The notes: generated by a model from the letters alone, not told the origin. A stretch of 64,000 bases of DNA from Caulobacterales bacterium (GCA_035549875.1 DASZPV010000145.1:270-64269); one strand, 5' to 3'; counted from the first letter of the stretch, positions 48,427 to 57,859 are shown. Numbers and translations: made by a program.

Positions 48427-48870
48427 TTAGTAAGCCGACCCGTCCTTGTGGAACCAGCGCCCGTCTTTAAAATGCAAGTCAATATCGGGATAGAACGCTT
48501 CCTCGTTATGCGAACGCGTACCGACTTCCAGATAAACCGCATCGCGTGCTGACCGGTTGATGAAATGATGGCCGTTCGGCGTGTTCTTGGGAAACCCCGC
48601 GCAATCGCCGGCTTTCAGAATCACCTCTCCCTCGTCCGTGATCAGCGTGAGTTCGCCCTCGATCAGATAGACGAATTCGTCTTCGAGCACGTGCCAATGC
48701 CGCGCGCTCGACCACTCGCCCGGCGGCAAGCGGGTCAGGTTTACGCCAAAATCGGTAAGGCCGGCGCCGTCGCCAAGGCGCTTCTTGGTTCGCGTCAGGG
48801 CGTTGCGCCGAAAGGGCTCGGGGTAGCCCGAGCCGGTCCTGACCGCGAGTTTATCCACGTCAATCTTCAT
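48427..48870 (-). CDS. small cupin-domain protein
   Basis: ATG at 48870, 147 aa. Cupin motifs HWHVLEDEFVYLIEGE and GHHFIN. The upstream 348 codons of the 495-aa track ORF are antisense to dapE and are rejected. Confidence 0.8.
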   Translation of the reverse strand: MKIDVDKLAVRTGSGYPEPFRRNALTRTKKRLGDGAGLTDFGVNLTRLPPGEWSSARHWHVLEDEFVYLIEGELTLITDEGEVILKAGDCAGFPKNTPNGHHFINRSARDAVYLEVGTRSHNEEAFYPDIDLHFKDGRWFHKDGSAY

Positions 48871-48948
48871 GGCGTACATTTCCCAAAACGACTCTAAAAA
48901 TACGCCCCCGGACTCTACAAAACCGGGCCCGGCTTGTAGAGACCGCAA

Positions 48949-50109
48949 ATGCCCGACGCCGCCATTCCCCCGCACGATCCGATCCCGCTCGCTCAGGCGC
49001 TGCTGCGTTGCCCTTCCGTCACCCCCGCCGATCTCGGCGCGCTGGACACTTTGCAAAGCGCCCTGGAAAGGCTTGGCTTTGCCTGCCGGCGGATGAAATT
49101 CGGCGACATCGATAATCTCTTCGCCAAGCGCGGAGCCGGCCTGCCGCATTTTTGCTTCGCCGGCCACACCGATGTCGTCCCGCCGGGAGACGTTGGCGCC
49201 TGGAGCGTGGACCCGTTCGCCGCCGAAATCCGCGACGGCAATCTGGTCGCGCGCGGCGCGGTGGACATGAAAGCGGCGATCGCGTGCTTCGTCTCGGCCG
49301 TTGCTTCGATCCCCGTTCCCGCGAAGGGCGCGATCAGCCTTTTGATCACCGGCGACGAAGAAGCCTTGTCGATCGATGGCACCAGGAAAGTTCTCGACGC
49401 GCTGCTGGCCGAAGGCGAGCAATTCAGCCATTGCCTGATCGGCGAACCCACCAGCGTCGATCGCGTCGCCGATACGATCAAGAATGGCCGGCGCGGCAGT
49501 TTCAATTGCGTGATAATCGCCGAAGGCAAGCAGGGGCACGTCGCCTATCCGCACCGCTCGCTCAATCCGATGGGTCCGCTGCTCGATCTGCTCGACGTGC
49601 TCCGCCGCACGAAACTGGACGACGGCGCGCCGGGCTTTGATCCTTCGCATCTGGAGATCACTTCCATCGACGTCGGCGACGGGGCGCATAACGTGATCCC
49701 CGCCCGCGCCAAAGCCAAGCTCAACATACGCTTCAACAGCAACCACACCGGCGAGACGATAAAAGCCTGGATCGAGAAGGAAGCCGCACGCATCGCGGCG
49801 CAAAGCGGCGCGCGCTTTTCGATCGATGGCCGCGCCACAGGCGAGGCATTTTATTGCGACCCCGGCCCGTTCACCGTGCTCGTGCAGGACGCGGCGGAAA
49901 CCATCACCGGCCAACGGCCCGTTCTATCCACGACCGGCGGCACATCGGACGCGCGCTTCATGCACAAGGCCTGTCCAACCTGTGAACTCGGCCTGCTTAA
50001 CGAGACGGCACACAAGATCGATGAGTTCGCGCCGTTGGAAGATGTTCGCACGCTGGCGCGGATTTATACCAAACTGCTGGCCGATTATTTCGCGACGTTC
50101 GCCGCGTAA
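48949..50109 (+). CDS. dapE: succinyl-diaminopimelate desuccinylase (M20 peptidase)
   Basis: [18 protein letters not shown] and TGDEE metal-ligand motifs. Confidence 0.95.
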   Translation: MPDAAIPPHDPIPLAQALLRCPSVTPADLGALDTLQSALERLGFACRRMKFGDIDNLFAKRGAGLPHFCFAGHTDVVPPGDVGAWSVDPFAAEIRDGNLVARGAVDMKAAIACFVSAVASIPVPAKGAISLLITGDEEALSIDGTRKVLDALLAEGEQFSHCLIGEPTSVDRVADTIKNGRRGSFNCVIIAEGKQGHVAYPHRSLNPMGPLLDLLDVLRRTKLDDGAPGFDPSHLEITSIDVGDGAHNVIPARAKAKLNIRFNSNHTGETIKAWIEKEAARIAAQSGARFSIDGRATGEAFYCDPGPFTVLVQDAAETITGQRPVLSTTGGTSDARFMHKACPTCELGLLNETAHKIDEFAPLEDVRTLARIYTKLLADYFATFAA

Positions 50110-50837
50110 TCCACCCGCTCCAGATATAATCCATCCGCCGGCGCGACCGGCCCGCAGCACGCCCGGTCACGCGCGGCGAGCGCTGCGGCGACATCGGCGG
50201 GCGTGCGTTTTCCGGCGCCGACATCAACCAGCGTGCCGACCATTGAGCGCACCTGGCGATGCAGAAACGAACGCGCCTTGGCCCAGACGTGAATTTCCTC
50301 GCCCACGCGCATGACATCAAGGCTGTCGAGCGTCTTGACCGGGCTCGGCGCCTGGCAATTTGCGTCACGAAACGTGGTGAAATCGTGCCGGCCGATGAGC
50401 CGGCCCGCGGCGTCTTCCATCGCTTCGCGATCCAGCGCGCGCGCGACATGCCAGACATGGCCCCGTTCGAGCGCTGGCGGCGAGCGGCGGTTCAGAATGC
50501 GGTACCAATAGACGCGCCCGATGGCGTCGAACCGCGCGTGAAATTCAGGCGCGGCCTCCTCGACGCTCAGCACGGAAATCGGCGCCGGCCGCACATGCGC
50601 GTTCAGCGCATCGCGGACCCGCCCCGGCGCAAACGGCTTTTCAATATCGACATGCGCGACCTGCCCGATCGCATGCACGCCGGAATCCGTGCGGCCGGCG
50701 CCGACGACGTCGGCCTGCTCGCCGGTGAACGCAAAAACCGCGCGCTCAAGCGCGCCCTGCACTGTCGGCCGCTCTTCCTGGCGCTGCCAGCCCTCGAACG
50801 GCCCGCCGTCATATTCGATGAGCAATTTGAAGCGCAT
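50085..50837 (-). CDS. truA: tRNA pseudouridine(38-40) synthase
   Basis: ATG at 50837 (ATGA overlap with the fmt stop). [20 protein letters not shown] and catalytic GRTDSGVHA. Confidence 0.95.
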   Translation of the reverse strand: MRFKLLIEYDGGPFEGWQRQEERPTVQGALERAVFAFTGEQADVVGAGRTDSGVHAIGQVAHVDIEKPFAPGRVRDALNAHVRPAPISVLSVEEAAPEFHARFDAIGRVYWYRILNRRSPPALERGHVWHVARALDREAMEDAAGRLIGRHDFTTFRDANCQAPSPVKTLDSLDVMRVGEEIHVWAKARSFLHRQVRSMVGTLVDVGAGKRTPADVAAALAARDRACCGPVAPADGLYLERVDYAANVAK

Positions 50838-51757
50838 CAGGAAAGCACTTCGCCCGCGCGCACCGGCGCGCCGCGCAGAAACGCCTCCGCCGCCATTGCG
50901 CCTTTGCCTTCGCGCTGTACGCGCAGCAAGCGCACGGCGCCATCGCCGCAGGCAATGAGCAAGCTGTCGTCCAGCGCCGCGCCGGGCGCACCCTTGCCTT
51001 CCTCGGCGCGCGACATCAGCGCTTTGACGCGCGCCCCGTTCAGCATGAACCACGCGCCTGGAAACGGCGATAGGCCGCGGATTTTCAGATCGATTTCGCG
51101 CGCCGGCGCGGTCCAGTCGATGCGCGCTTCGGCGGGCGTGATCTTTTCAGCGTAGGTGACGCCTTCGGCGCTTTGCGGCGTGAATTGCGCTGCGCCGCGC
51201 TCCATCATGGCCACAGCGCGCGTAAGCAACGGCGCGCCGGCCGCGGCGAGGCGATCGTGCAAAGTAGCGGCGGTGTCCTGCGCCGCAATGGGCACGCTCT
51301 CGGCGAGCAGCACCGGGCCGGTATCGAGCCCTTCCTCCATCTTCATCGCCATCACGCCGGTGACTTTATCTCCGGCCATCAGCGCCCGCTGGATGGGCGC
51401 CGCCCCGCGCCAGCGCGGCAGCAGCGAGCCGTGCAGGTTAAGACAACCCAGGCGCGGCGCATCCAGCACCGGCTGCGGCAGGATCAGCCCATAGGCGACG
51501 ACCACCGCCAGATCGGCGCCAAGCGCGGCGAAAGCCTGCTGCTCTTCGAGACTTTTCAGCCGGCGCGGCGTGCGCACCGGCAGACCGCGCGCTTCGGCCA
51601 ATTGGTGTATCGGCGTTTTGCGTTCAGCTTGACCTCGTCCGGCCGGGCGCGGCGGCTGCGAATATACGCACACGATCTCGTGCCCGGCGGCGCGCAGAGC
51701 CTCCAGCGACGGCACGGCGAAATCCGGCGAGCCCATGAAAATCAGCTTCAGCGCCAT
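50837..51757 (-). CDS. fmt: methionyl-tRNA formyltransferase
   Basis: [12 protein letters not shown] and [17 protein letters not shown] motifs. Confidence 0.95.
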   Translation of the reverse strand: MALKLIFMGSPDFAVPSLEALRAAGHEIVCVYSQPPRPAGRGQAERKTPIHQLAEARGLPVRTPRRLKSLEEQQAFAALGADLAVVVAYGLILPQPVLDAPRLGCLNLHGSLLPRWRGAAPIQRALMAGDKVTGVMAMKMEEGLDTGPVLLAESVPIAAQDTAATLHDRLAAAGAPLLTRAVAMMERGAAQFTPQSAEGVTYAEKITPAEARIDWTAPAREIDLKIRGLSPFPGAWFMLNGARVKALMSRAEEGKGAPGAALDDSLLIACGDGAVRLLRVQREGKGAMAAEAFLRGAPVRAGEVLS

Positions 51758-51838
51758 GCCCGCCCCATGCCCGCATTTTTACCGCGAGGCAATCGAGCCC
51801 GAAACCGGCAACGTTTTGGACAGGTTTCATGATACGTT

Positions 51839-52798
51839 GTGTCCATGTCGGCCGAAGCGCACATTGATCGACCGCCTTCCCATCTGAAGGAGATAAGGGC
51901 GCGCCAGTGGCGGGCGCTGTTTCGCGACGCCATGCGCCAGGCAGGACGCGACAATCTGGGCCTCGTGGCGGCGGGCGTGGCGTTCTTTGTTTTGATGGCG
52001 ACCTTCCCATCGCTCGCCGCAATAGTGGCTTTGTACGGGCTTTTGGGTGATCCCGTCGGGGTCAGCGCGCAGATCGACGCGCTGTCGGGCATAGCGCCGG
52101 ACCCGGTTCTGAATATAGCTCGCGGGCAAGTGGCGCGCCTGATCCACGCCGATCCTCAAACACTTGCGCTTAACGGCTTTGTGAGCCTCGCCGTTGCGGT
52201 ATGGAGCGCGCAGCAGGGCGCGCGCTCGTTCCTGCACGCGCTGACGATCATCAACGAACACACGGTGCGGCGCACTTTCGTCAAACGTTATCTGATCGGC
52301 GGCGCGTTCACCCTGGGCGCGCTGGCGATGGCGCTGCTCACGGTGTTTCTGTTCACGCTCGCGCCCCATGTTCTGGCCGCCATGGGAACGGACGCCAAGC
52401 TGCTGATGGCGTTTTTGCGCTGGCCGGTTTTGCTGGCGCTGATGACGGTCTTTGCGCTGGCGCTCTACCGCTGGGGCCCCAACCGCAAGCCCCCCGCGTG
52501 GCGCTGGATCGCGCCGGGCGCGCTGTTCGCCTCCGTCGCGTGGCTGACCGTATCTGCGCTCTTTTCCGTCTATGTCGATCTGTTCACGCCGCTGCGCGCC
52601 GCATACGGTGTGTTCTCAGGCGTGTTCGTGCTGATGCTGTGGTTCTTTATTTCAGCCTACGTGTTCCTGTTCGGTGCCGAGCTTAACGCGCGCATGGAAC
52701 GGTTGTGTCAGTTGCTGGGCGATGAGGCGGTTGAGCCGTCATCGCCCCGCCGCAGCCGCACTAGCAGTGCAGACCCGCTTGGCGCTGAACGCCGCTGA
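51839..52798 (+). CDS. YihY/BrkB-family inner membrane protein
   Basis: Characteristic GLVAAGVAFFVLMATFP start of the family and six TM helices. GTG 51839 or ATG 51845. Confidence 0.85.
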   Translation: MSMSAEAHIDRPPSHLKEIRARQWRALFRDAMRQAGRDNLGLVAAGVAFFVLMATFPSLAAIVALYGLLGDPVGVSAQIDALSGIAPDPVLNIARGQVARLIHADPQTLALNGFVSLAVAVWSAQQGARSFLHALTIINEHTVRRTFVKRYLIGGAFTLGALAMALLTVFLFTLAPHVLAAMGTDAKLLMAFLRWPVLLALMTVFALALYRWGPNRKPPAWRWIAPGALFASVAWLTVSALFSVYVDLFTPLRAAYGVFSGVFVLMLWFFISAYVFLFGAELNARMERLCQLLGDEAVEPSSPRRSRTSSADPLGAERR

Positions 52799-53453
52799 GG
52801 AAATCCCACAGCGCGCCGGCCATCGCCGCGCCGCCCGCGATCGCCTCGCTGCGCTGATCGGCCGGCAGCTTGTTCAGCAGTTCGCGGCATACGGCTGAAT
52901 GCTCAACATCGGCCGCCTCGTGCACGCGGAAGAATCGGATCGCGTTTTCATCCGTCACGCCGTAAAAGCGGTCCAGCCCGTCGATCTTCGTGGCCGATAC
53001 CGCCGGAAGCTGGCTCTCATACGCATAAAGCGCGCCCAGGCCCGCCGCATACGATTGCCGCGACAGATCGCGGAACGCGTCGATCAGCTTTTGCGTCTCC
53101 GGATTGCGCACAACGCTTTGCACCGCGCCGGCATCCGCGCCGAGCGCGTTGGCGAACATCATCCACAACGCGGCGTGATCCTGTTTGCCTTGGCCCAGGC
53201 CTTCCTCTTCCGCGAGATTCTCGGCCAGCATGCGCCGGCCTTCCCGGTCCGGGCATTGGGCGTGCACCGCGCTCACCGCGCGCGGGAAGGCTTCGACGTG
53301 GTGGAAATATTGCTTGGCGTATTCGGCCAGAATGTCCTGCGAGAGGCGCCCTTGGCTCCAGGCTTGATAGAACGGATGCTTCAGCATCGCACGCGCATCC
53401 ACCGCCGCGTCGATCGCGGCGGAAACTGAAACCTGAGAAAAGCCTTCGGCCAT
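52761..53453 (-). CDS. CADD-family (PqqC/TenA/heme-oxygenase-like) di-iron protein, candidate p-aminobenzoate synthase
   Basis: Collinear with my recollection of Chlamydia CT610: HPFYQAW, YAKQYFHHVEAFP, NLAEEEG...DHAALW, ALYAYESQLP, ATKIDGL, HEAADVEH. Putative metal ligands plus Tyr/Lys are retained. Confidence 0.75.
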   Translation of the reverse strand: MAEGFSQVSVSAAIDAAVDARAMLKHPFYQAWSQGRLSQDILAEYAKQYFHHVEAFPRAVSAVHAQCPDREGRRMLAENLAEEEGLGQGKQDHAALWMMFANALGADAGAVQSVVRNPETQKLIDAFRDLSRQSYAAGLGALYAYESQLPAVSATKIDGLDRFYGVTDENAIRFFRVHEAADVEHSAVCRELLNKLPADQRSEAIAGGAAMAGALWDFLSGVQRQAGLHC

Positions 53454-53548
53454 GGGAGCATCCTTCTTTGCCGCCGCCGCGCGGCGCCGGTTACGGTTTA
53501 GCCGCTTGCCCGAACCGGCAAAAGCGAAAAATCGCCCGCGCCGGATAC

Positions 53549-54730
53549 TCAGATGTGGACCTGCCGGTATTCGGTCAGCATCTCACGCGGATAAGACGAG
53601 ACTTGCCTGGGCGCATTGCATGGCGGCCAAAACCGCGGGCTCGTCATGACATCGACGCCAGCGGTTATCGCCGCGTCCAGAACCTCAATATCGTTGAGAT
53701 TGTCGGCGATGAGCTTGACTTTCTGGCGGTGCAGAGCCCCGACCCACCGGCCGAAAAACTCAGCCGCGCCCCGCTGCAGGATTCCGGCCGGAATGCTGCA
53801 GGCGACAGCCAACGCGCCGGTCATCCCCAAACCATCGAGCGAGCGCTCGGCAGGATGAAGTTCTATGGTCACGCGCTTGCAAGCCGTGCGCAACATCCCC
53901 ACCCAATCGGTGATCGTCATCAACGGCGTGCCCGGTTCGATCTCCGCGATTTGCGGGGCGATGTAGCGCCGCGTATTCTCCGGCACGGAAAGCAGACGCG
54001 CCAGCAAGGCCTGCCGCGCCGACCGATCGGTCATCGTGCTTGGGTGGATGCTGACGCCCACCGCGCACACCCGGCCCTCGCTGAGACAGCGCGTCAGGCC
54101 CTGCACCGCCGTTTCGAGCAACCGCAAATCAAGTTCGCCATGCCTCCCGCGATCGCCGAGGGAGCGTGTCCGATAGCCGGGATTGTAGCCGAAGCGCATG
54201 CTCCCGCCCTGTTCGTAAGCCGGCTTGCATACGTAAGTGGTCAACGCCTGGGTCGCCGCGTTCCAGGCCGGGGCGAATACGGCGCGGTGTTGCGCCGCGC
54301 GCGCGGGCGCGGCCACCTTCGCCTGCGGCGCGCGCAACAAGGCCGCGACGCCGCGGGGATCGAGCGTCGTCTGGCTGATTTCCGCTTTCAGCCGCGCCGT
54401 CGCCGCATCGCCGAGATAGAACGCGTTGAGCGCTTCGCGCACCGTTGCGCATTCGCTCGCCAGATTGCGCTCGTCGCCAGCGGAGAAGATTACAAGGAAG
54501 CCGTCGCCTGCCGGAATGACAATATCGGTCCGCTGCAAGCAGCCCTGCAGGAACGTCATGGAATTGGCGCGCACGCGGTCTTTGATTTTTTCCCAATCCG
54601 CGCCGGCCGCCTTGCGAATGTCGTCCAGGCCGATCACCTGCACCTGCGCAGCATCGATCGAACGGCCCTGCAGGACGGTTTCCTTCAGGCGATCGACAGC
54701 GTCGGAAAAAAGCGCGTCGGTTACGGTCAT
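53549..54730 (-). CDS. stand-alone protein with degenerate GGDEF-like and degenerate EAL-like domains
   Basis: N-half: VIGLDDIRKAAGADW...DIVIPAGDGFLVIF, with AGDGF in place of GG(D/E)EF. C-half is collinear with the EAL fold, but the EAL, N, DDFG, KID and EGVE positions read YVC, H, IEL, CSIP and DNLN. ATG 54730 (alternative 54748). Confidence 0.55.
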   Translation of the reverse strand: MTVTDALFSDAVDRLKETVLQGRSIDAAQVQVIGLDDIRKAAGADWEKIKDRVRANSMTFLQGCLQRTDIVIPAGDGFLVIFSAGDERNLASECATVREALNAFYLGDAATARLKAEISQTTLDPRGVAALLRAPQAKVAAPARAAQHRAVFAPAWNAATQALTTYVCKPAYEQGGSMRFGYNPGYRTRSLGDRGRHGELDLRLLETAVQGLTRCLSEGRVCAVGVSIHPSTMTDRSARQALLARLLSVPENTRRYIAPQIAEIEPGTPLMTITDWVGMLRTACKRVTIELHPAERSLDGLGMTGALAVACSIPAGILQRGAAEFFGRWVGALHRQKVKLIADNLNDIEVLDAAITAGVDVMTSPRFWPPCNAPRQVSSYPREMLTEYRQVHI

Positions 54731-54811
54731 TGCAGCAGGATGCCGCAACGCCCTTAAAGCGGCGCTAAATCAGGCTATGCCAAACGGACTAGGCCAACGA
54801 TCGGAAACGCC

Positions 54812-55315
54812 TCAAAGTTGCGCGATGAACGGAAGGCCGCGATACCGGCCCGCCTCATCCATGCCATAGCCGACGAGAAAGACGTCCGGCGCGTCGAACC
54901 CCACATGTTCGATCGGCAGGCCCAGCGCGCTTGGCTTGCGCACCGCCGCGCAGGCGCGGGTTTCCGCCGCGCCTTTCGCCAATAGGTGCGCCCGTGCGAA
55001 CGCGATCGTGCGGCCGCTATCGAAAACGTCGTCGAGCAGCAGGATGCGTTTTCCCTCAACGCTACGGGAAATATCGGCGCGCACCACAACGCGCCCGGAG
55101 CTTTCCCGCCCGTCGCGATAGCTCTCCAGCCAGAGGGAATCGAGCGTGGGATTGATCCCGCGCCGGGCCAGGGCGCGCATCAAATCCACCGCGAACGGCA
55201 TGGCGCCCTGCAACAGCGCAATCAGCGTCCATTCATCGGTGACGTGGGCTGACAGGTCTTCAGCCAGTTCGTCCACGCGCTTGGCGATGGCCGCTTCCTC
55301 GATCAGCGGCGACAT
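54812..55315 (-). CDS. hpt: hypoxanthine/guanine phosphoribosyltransferase
   Basis: PRPP-binding motif ILLLDDVFDSGRT and C-terminal GYGMD...YRGLP. Confidence 0.9.
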   Translation of the reverse strand: MSPLIEEAAIAKRVDELAEDLSAHVTDEWTLIALLQGAMPFAVDLMRALARRGINPTLDSLWLESYRDGRESSGRVVVRADISRSVEGKRILLLDDVFDSGRTIAFARAHLLAKGAAETRACAAVRKPSALGLPIEHVGFDAPDVFLVGYGMDEAGRYRGLPFIAQL

Positions 55316-55321
55316 CGGCGC

Positions 55322-56224
55322 TCAGTGACCAGGCTCGGCGGCCTGTTCCGGCGCGGCCTCGGCTTCGGCCTCGTGCGATGGTTCGATCACGGTGAGCGCG
55401 CCGGGATTGCTGCCGCCGGGGGCGTGGCCGGTTTTCGGCTTGTTGTCCTTCACCGGCGTAGGCGCGTGGGCGGGGGCTGAAACGGGCAAGGGGGGCGGCG
55501 CTTTCCTTGCCTCCGACGCGGTGGCGAACGTGGCCTCAAGATCGACGGCGCTGACTGGCGGGTCGACCAGAACTGTGGAAAACTGCCGCGCGCCGCCGGG
55601 CGGAATCGGCGGCCCGTCCAGGCTCACCATCCAGGTGCGCACTTCGTCGGCATTGCGGTCGAGCAAGCCGAAACGCAGCACCGGGGGCGATTTAGCCTGC
55701 CCGCCAATGTTGCGCACAGCGCCCGAAACAGTGAGCGCCGCCGCCTCGCCCTCGGCGCTGCGAGACAGATCGAGATCGGAAAATTCGAGGCCGGTAATGT
55801 TCACGCTGAGGCCCATCGCGGCATAGGCGCTGGCCGCATTCGGCCAGACCTTGGCGACGCCCTGCCGGAACACCACCGCGACGGTCAGCAGAACGGCCAG
55901 GGCCGCCCCCGCCCCGCCCCAGGCGATCGCCGCCGCGCGCAGCTTTTCCAGCCGCTGGCGCTGGATCTGGCGCGCCCGCGCCTGCGCCGTGGGCGAACTG
56001 GCGCTGGCGGCGGCGGCCCGCCGGGCGCGCTCTATCTGCTCGCGGGTCAGCTTTGGCTCATCGACGAAGGTCGCCGGCTGAGCCGCCCCATTATCCAGGA
56101 CCAGTTCCTTTTCCACCCGCCAGGTGTTTCCACAGGCCGCGCAGCGCACGACTCGGCCTTGCGGCGGAATCGATGCCTCGTCCGCATAATAGCGGGTGGC
56201 GCATGACGCACAGGTCAAGATCAT
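55322..56224 (-). CDS. MJ0042-type zinc-ribbon protein with TM helix and DUF3426-like C-terminal domain
   Basis: ATG at 56224. MILTCASCATRYYADE...VRCAACGNTW zinc ribbon and TM WGGAGAALAVLLTVAVVF. Divergent from ftsE. Confidence 0.8.
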   Translation of the reverse strand: MILTCASCATRYYADEASIPPQGRVVRCAACGNTWRVEKELVLDNGAAQPATFVDEPKLTREQIERARRAAAASASSPTAQARARQIQRQRLEKLRAAAIAWGGAGAALAVLLTVAVVFRQGVAKVWPNAASAYAAMGLSVNITGLEFSDLDLSRSAEGEAAALTVSGAVRNIGGQAKSPPVLRFGLLDRNADEVRTWMVSLDGPPIPPGGARQFSTVLVDPPVSAVDLEATFATASEARKAPPPLPVSAPAHAPTPVKDNKPKTGHAPGGSNPGALTVIEPSHEAEAEAAPEQAAEPGH

Positions 56225-56285
56225 GCTAACTTCAGCCCAGCGCGGCACATCGGCGAGCCCTGCGCTGATTCCGCGGGGGGAGTCC

Positions 56286-57011
56286 ATGATTTCGGCTGAT
56301 GCGATCTTTGATCGCGATACCGATAGCGCCGTGCCGGCCGTGCGGCTGCGCGGGGTCAAGGCGGGCTACCGCAAGCGCCATGACGTGCTGCGCAACCTCG
56401 ACTTTGAGGCCTACCCCGGCGCCATTGCGGTGATTTCCGGCCCGCCCGGCGCGGGCAAGACGGCGCTGATCGACGTGTTGCGCCTGTTCCTCAACCCGAC
56501 TGAGGGGACCGCCGAAGTGCTTGGCGTGAATGTGAGCAAGCTGAGCGGAACGGCCCGGGCGAAGCTGAAACGCGATATCGGATTCATGAGCGAATCCCCC
56601 GTGCTTGCCGACCACATGGACGCCTTCGACAATGTCAGCCTGCCGCTTCGACTCGCAGGCGCGAAGGCTAACGCCTACGCTGGCGATGTGGAGGACCTGC
56701 TTAAATTTCTCGGCGTCCCGGAACGGGACGGGCGCATCGCCTCGGCGCTGACCGGTAGTGAGAAGCGCCGCGCCGCGCTGGCCCGCGCCGTCGTCGGCCG
56801 GCCGCGCCTGATCCTCGCTGAAGAACCAACCGCCGGGCTGTCGCAGGAGATCGCGGGCCGCATGCTGCGCCTGCTGGCCTCGATGCGGCGCGCCGGCACC
56901 ACCATCATTGTAACGACGCAGGATGAAAACCTGGCTGAACAGCTCGGCGCGCAATTGTGGCGCATGCGCGATGGGCGCATCGCGCCGGTGATCGCGGAAA
57001 CGGCCGCTTGA
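56286..57011 (+). CDS. ftsE: FtsE-like cell-division ABC ATPase with atypical catalytic motifs
   Basis: Walker A GPPGAGKT is intact. Q-loop position reads MSES, signature LTGSE, Walker B LILAEEP, D-loop AGLS, and the H-switch reads TTQD. It is followed by ftsX. Confidence 0.8.
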   Translation: MISADAIFDRDTDSAVPAVRLRGVKAGYRKRHDVLRNLDFEAYPGAIAVISGPPGAGKTALIDVLRLFLNPTEGTAEVLGVNVSKLSGTARAKLKRDIGFMSESPVLADHMDAFDNVSLPLRLAGAKANAYAGDVEDLLKFLGVPERDGRIASALTGSEKRRAALARAVVGRPRLILAEEPTAGLSQEIAGRMLRLLASMRRAGTTIIVTTQDENLAEQLGAQLWRMRDGRIAPVIAETAA

Positions 57012-57859
57012 CGCCGATCGTGCCCCGCGCGGGCGGCGCGGCCCTGTTCTGGGTGGTCGCGATCGCTTCAATGCTGGCGGCGATCGCGGTGCTTTCCGCC
57101 CTGCTGGCCCACCGCAGCGCCGATAGCGCCGACGCGGTGCTGCGCAGCCAATACATCGCCCGCATTCTGGCGCCCGAAAGCGCGACGGCGCTCGATGATG
57201 CGGCGATCGCGCTCAACGCCGTGGACGGCGTTGAAGCGGTTCGCATCGTCACGCCCGAACGCGCGGCCGCGCTGCTGCGCAATTGGGGCGGGCCAAACAT
57301 CCAGCCCACCGATCTGCCGGCGCTGCGCCTGATCACGTTCAGCGCCGATCGCTCCCCCGCCGCCGACTGGACCCAGACCGTCGCCGCCACGATGCGCGGC
57401 GCCGGTTTCCAGGCGGAGGTGTACGGCCCTGGACCGGCCGCCGTCGAAGCGGTCAGGAAATCCCAGGAACTGGCCTCCGTCGCTATCGCCATCGGCGGCG
57501 TTCTGTTTGGCGCGGCGCTGCTGACCGCCGGACTCGCCGGCCGCACCCGTGTCGCCAGCGACAGGATGCTGATCAGGCCGCTCGCCGACATGGGCGCCAC
57601 CCGCGGTCAGGTTTCGCGCGCCTTCGCGGCGCGCGCCGCGGTGGAGGGATTCACGGCCGGGCTGATGGGGGCGTTCGGAGCCAGCCTGCTCGCCGCCTGG
57701 GCCTTGTCGTTGCCGCCGTTCGTCGCATGGGCCGCCCAGCTCCGTCAGGAAGACGCCGCGCCCCTGCTTGCAACGCCGCTGCTGGCCGCTCTGCTGGCCG
57801 GCGCCGGCGCACGCAGCGCCAGCAACCGCTTCTACGCCAACGCGGCGAGGAGCCGATGA
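57008..57859 (+). CDS. ftsX: FtsX-like cell-division permease
   Basis: Four TM helices with a large periplasmic loop between TM1 and TM2. Position after ftsE. TTG 57008 (alternative GTG 57020). Confidence 0.8.
   Translation: MTPIVPRAGGAALFWVVAIASMLAAIAVLSALLAHRSADSADAVLRSQYIARILAPESATALDDAAIALNAVDGVEAVRIVTPERAAALLRNWGGPNIQPTDLPALRLITFSADRSPAADWTQTVAATMRGAGFQAEVYGPGPAAVEAVRKSQELASVAIAIGGVLFGAALLTAGLAGRTRVASDRMLIRPLADMGATRGQVSRAFAARAAVEGFTAGLMGAFGASLLAAWALSLPPFVAWAAQLRQEDAAPLLATPLLAALLAGAGARSASNRFYANAARSR

Noticed and set aside
48871-49914. N-terminal 348 codons of the 495-aa minus-strand ORF 48427..49914
   Set aside because: This part is antisense to dapE and low-complexity. Only the C-terminal 147 aa, from ATG 48870, form a coherent cupin domain.
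57283-57855. N-terminal extension of ORF 57283..58479
   Set aside because: It is an out-of-frame overlap with ftsX, Arg-rich. The DUF218 protein starts at ATG 57856, coupled to the ftsX stop.
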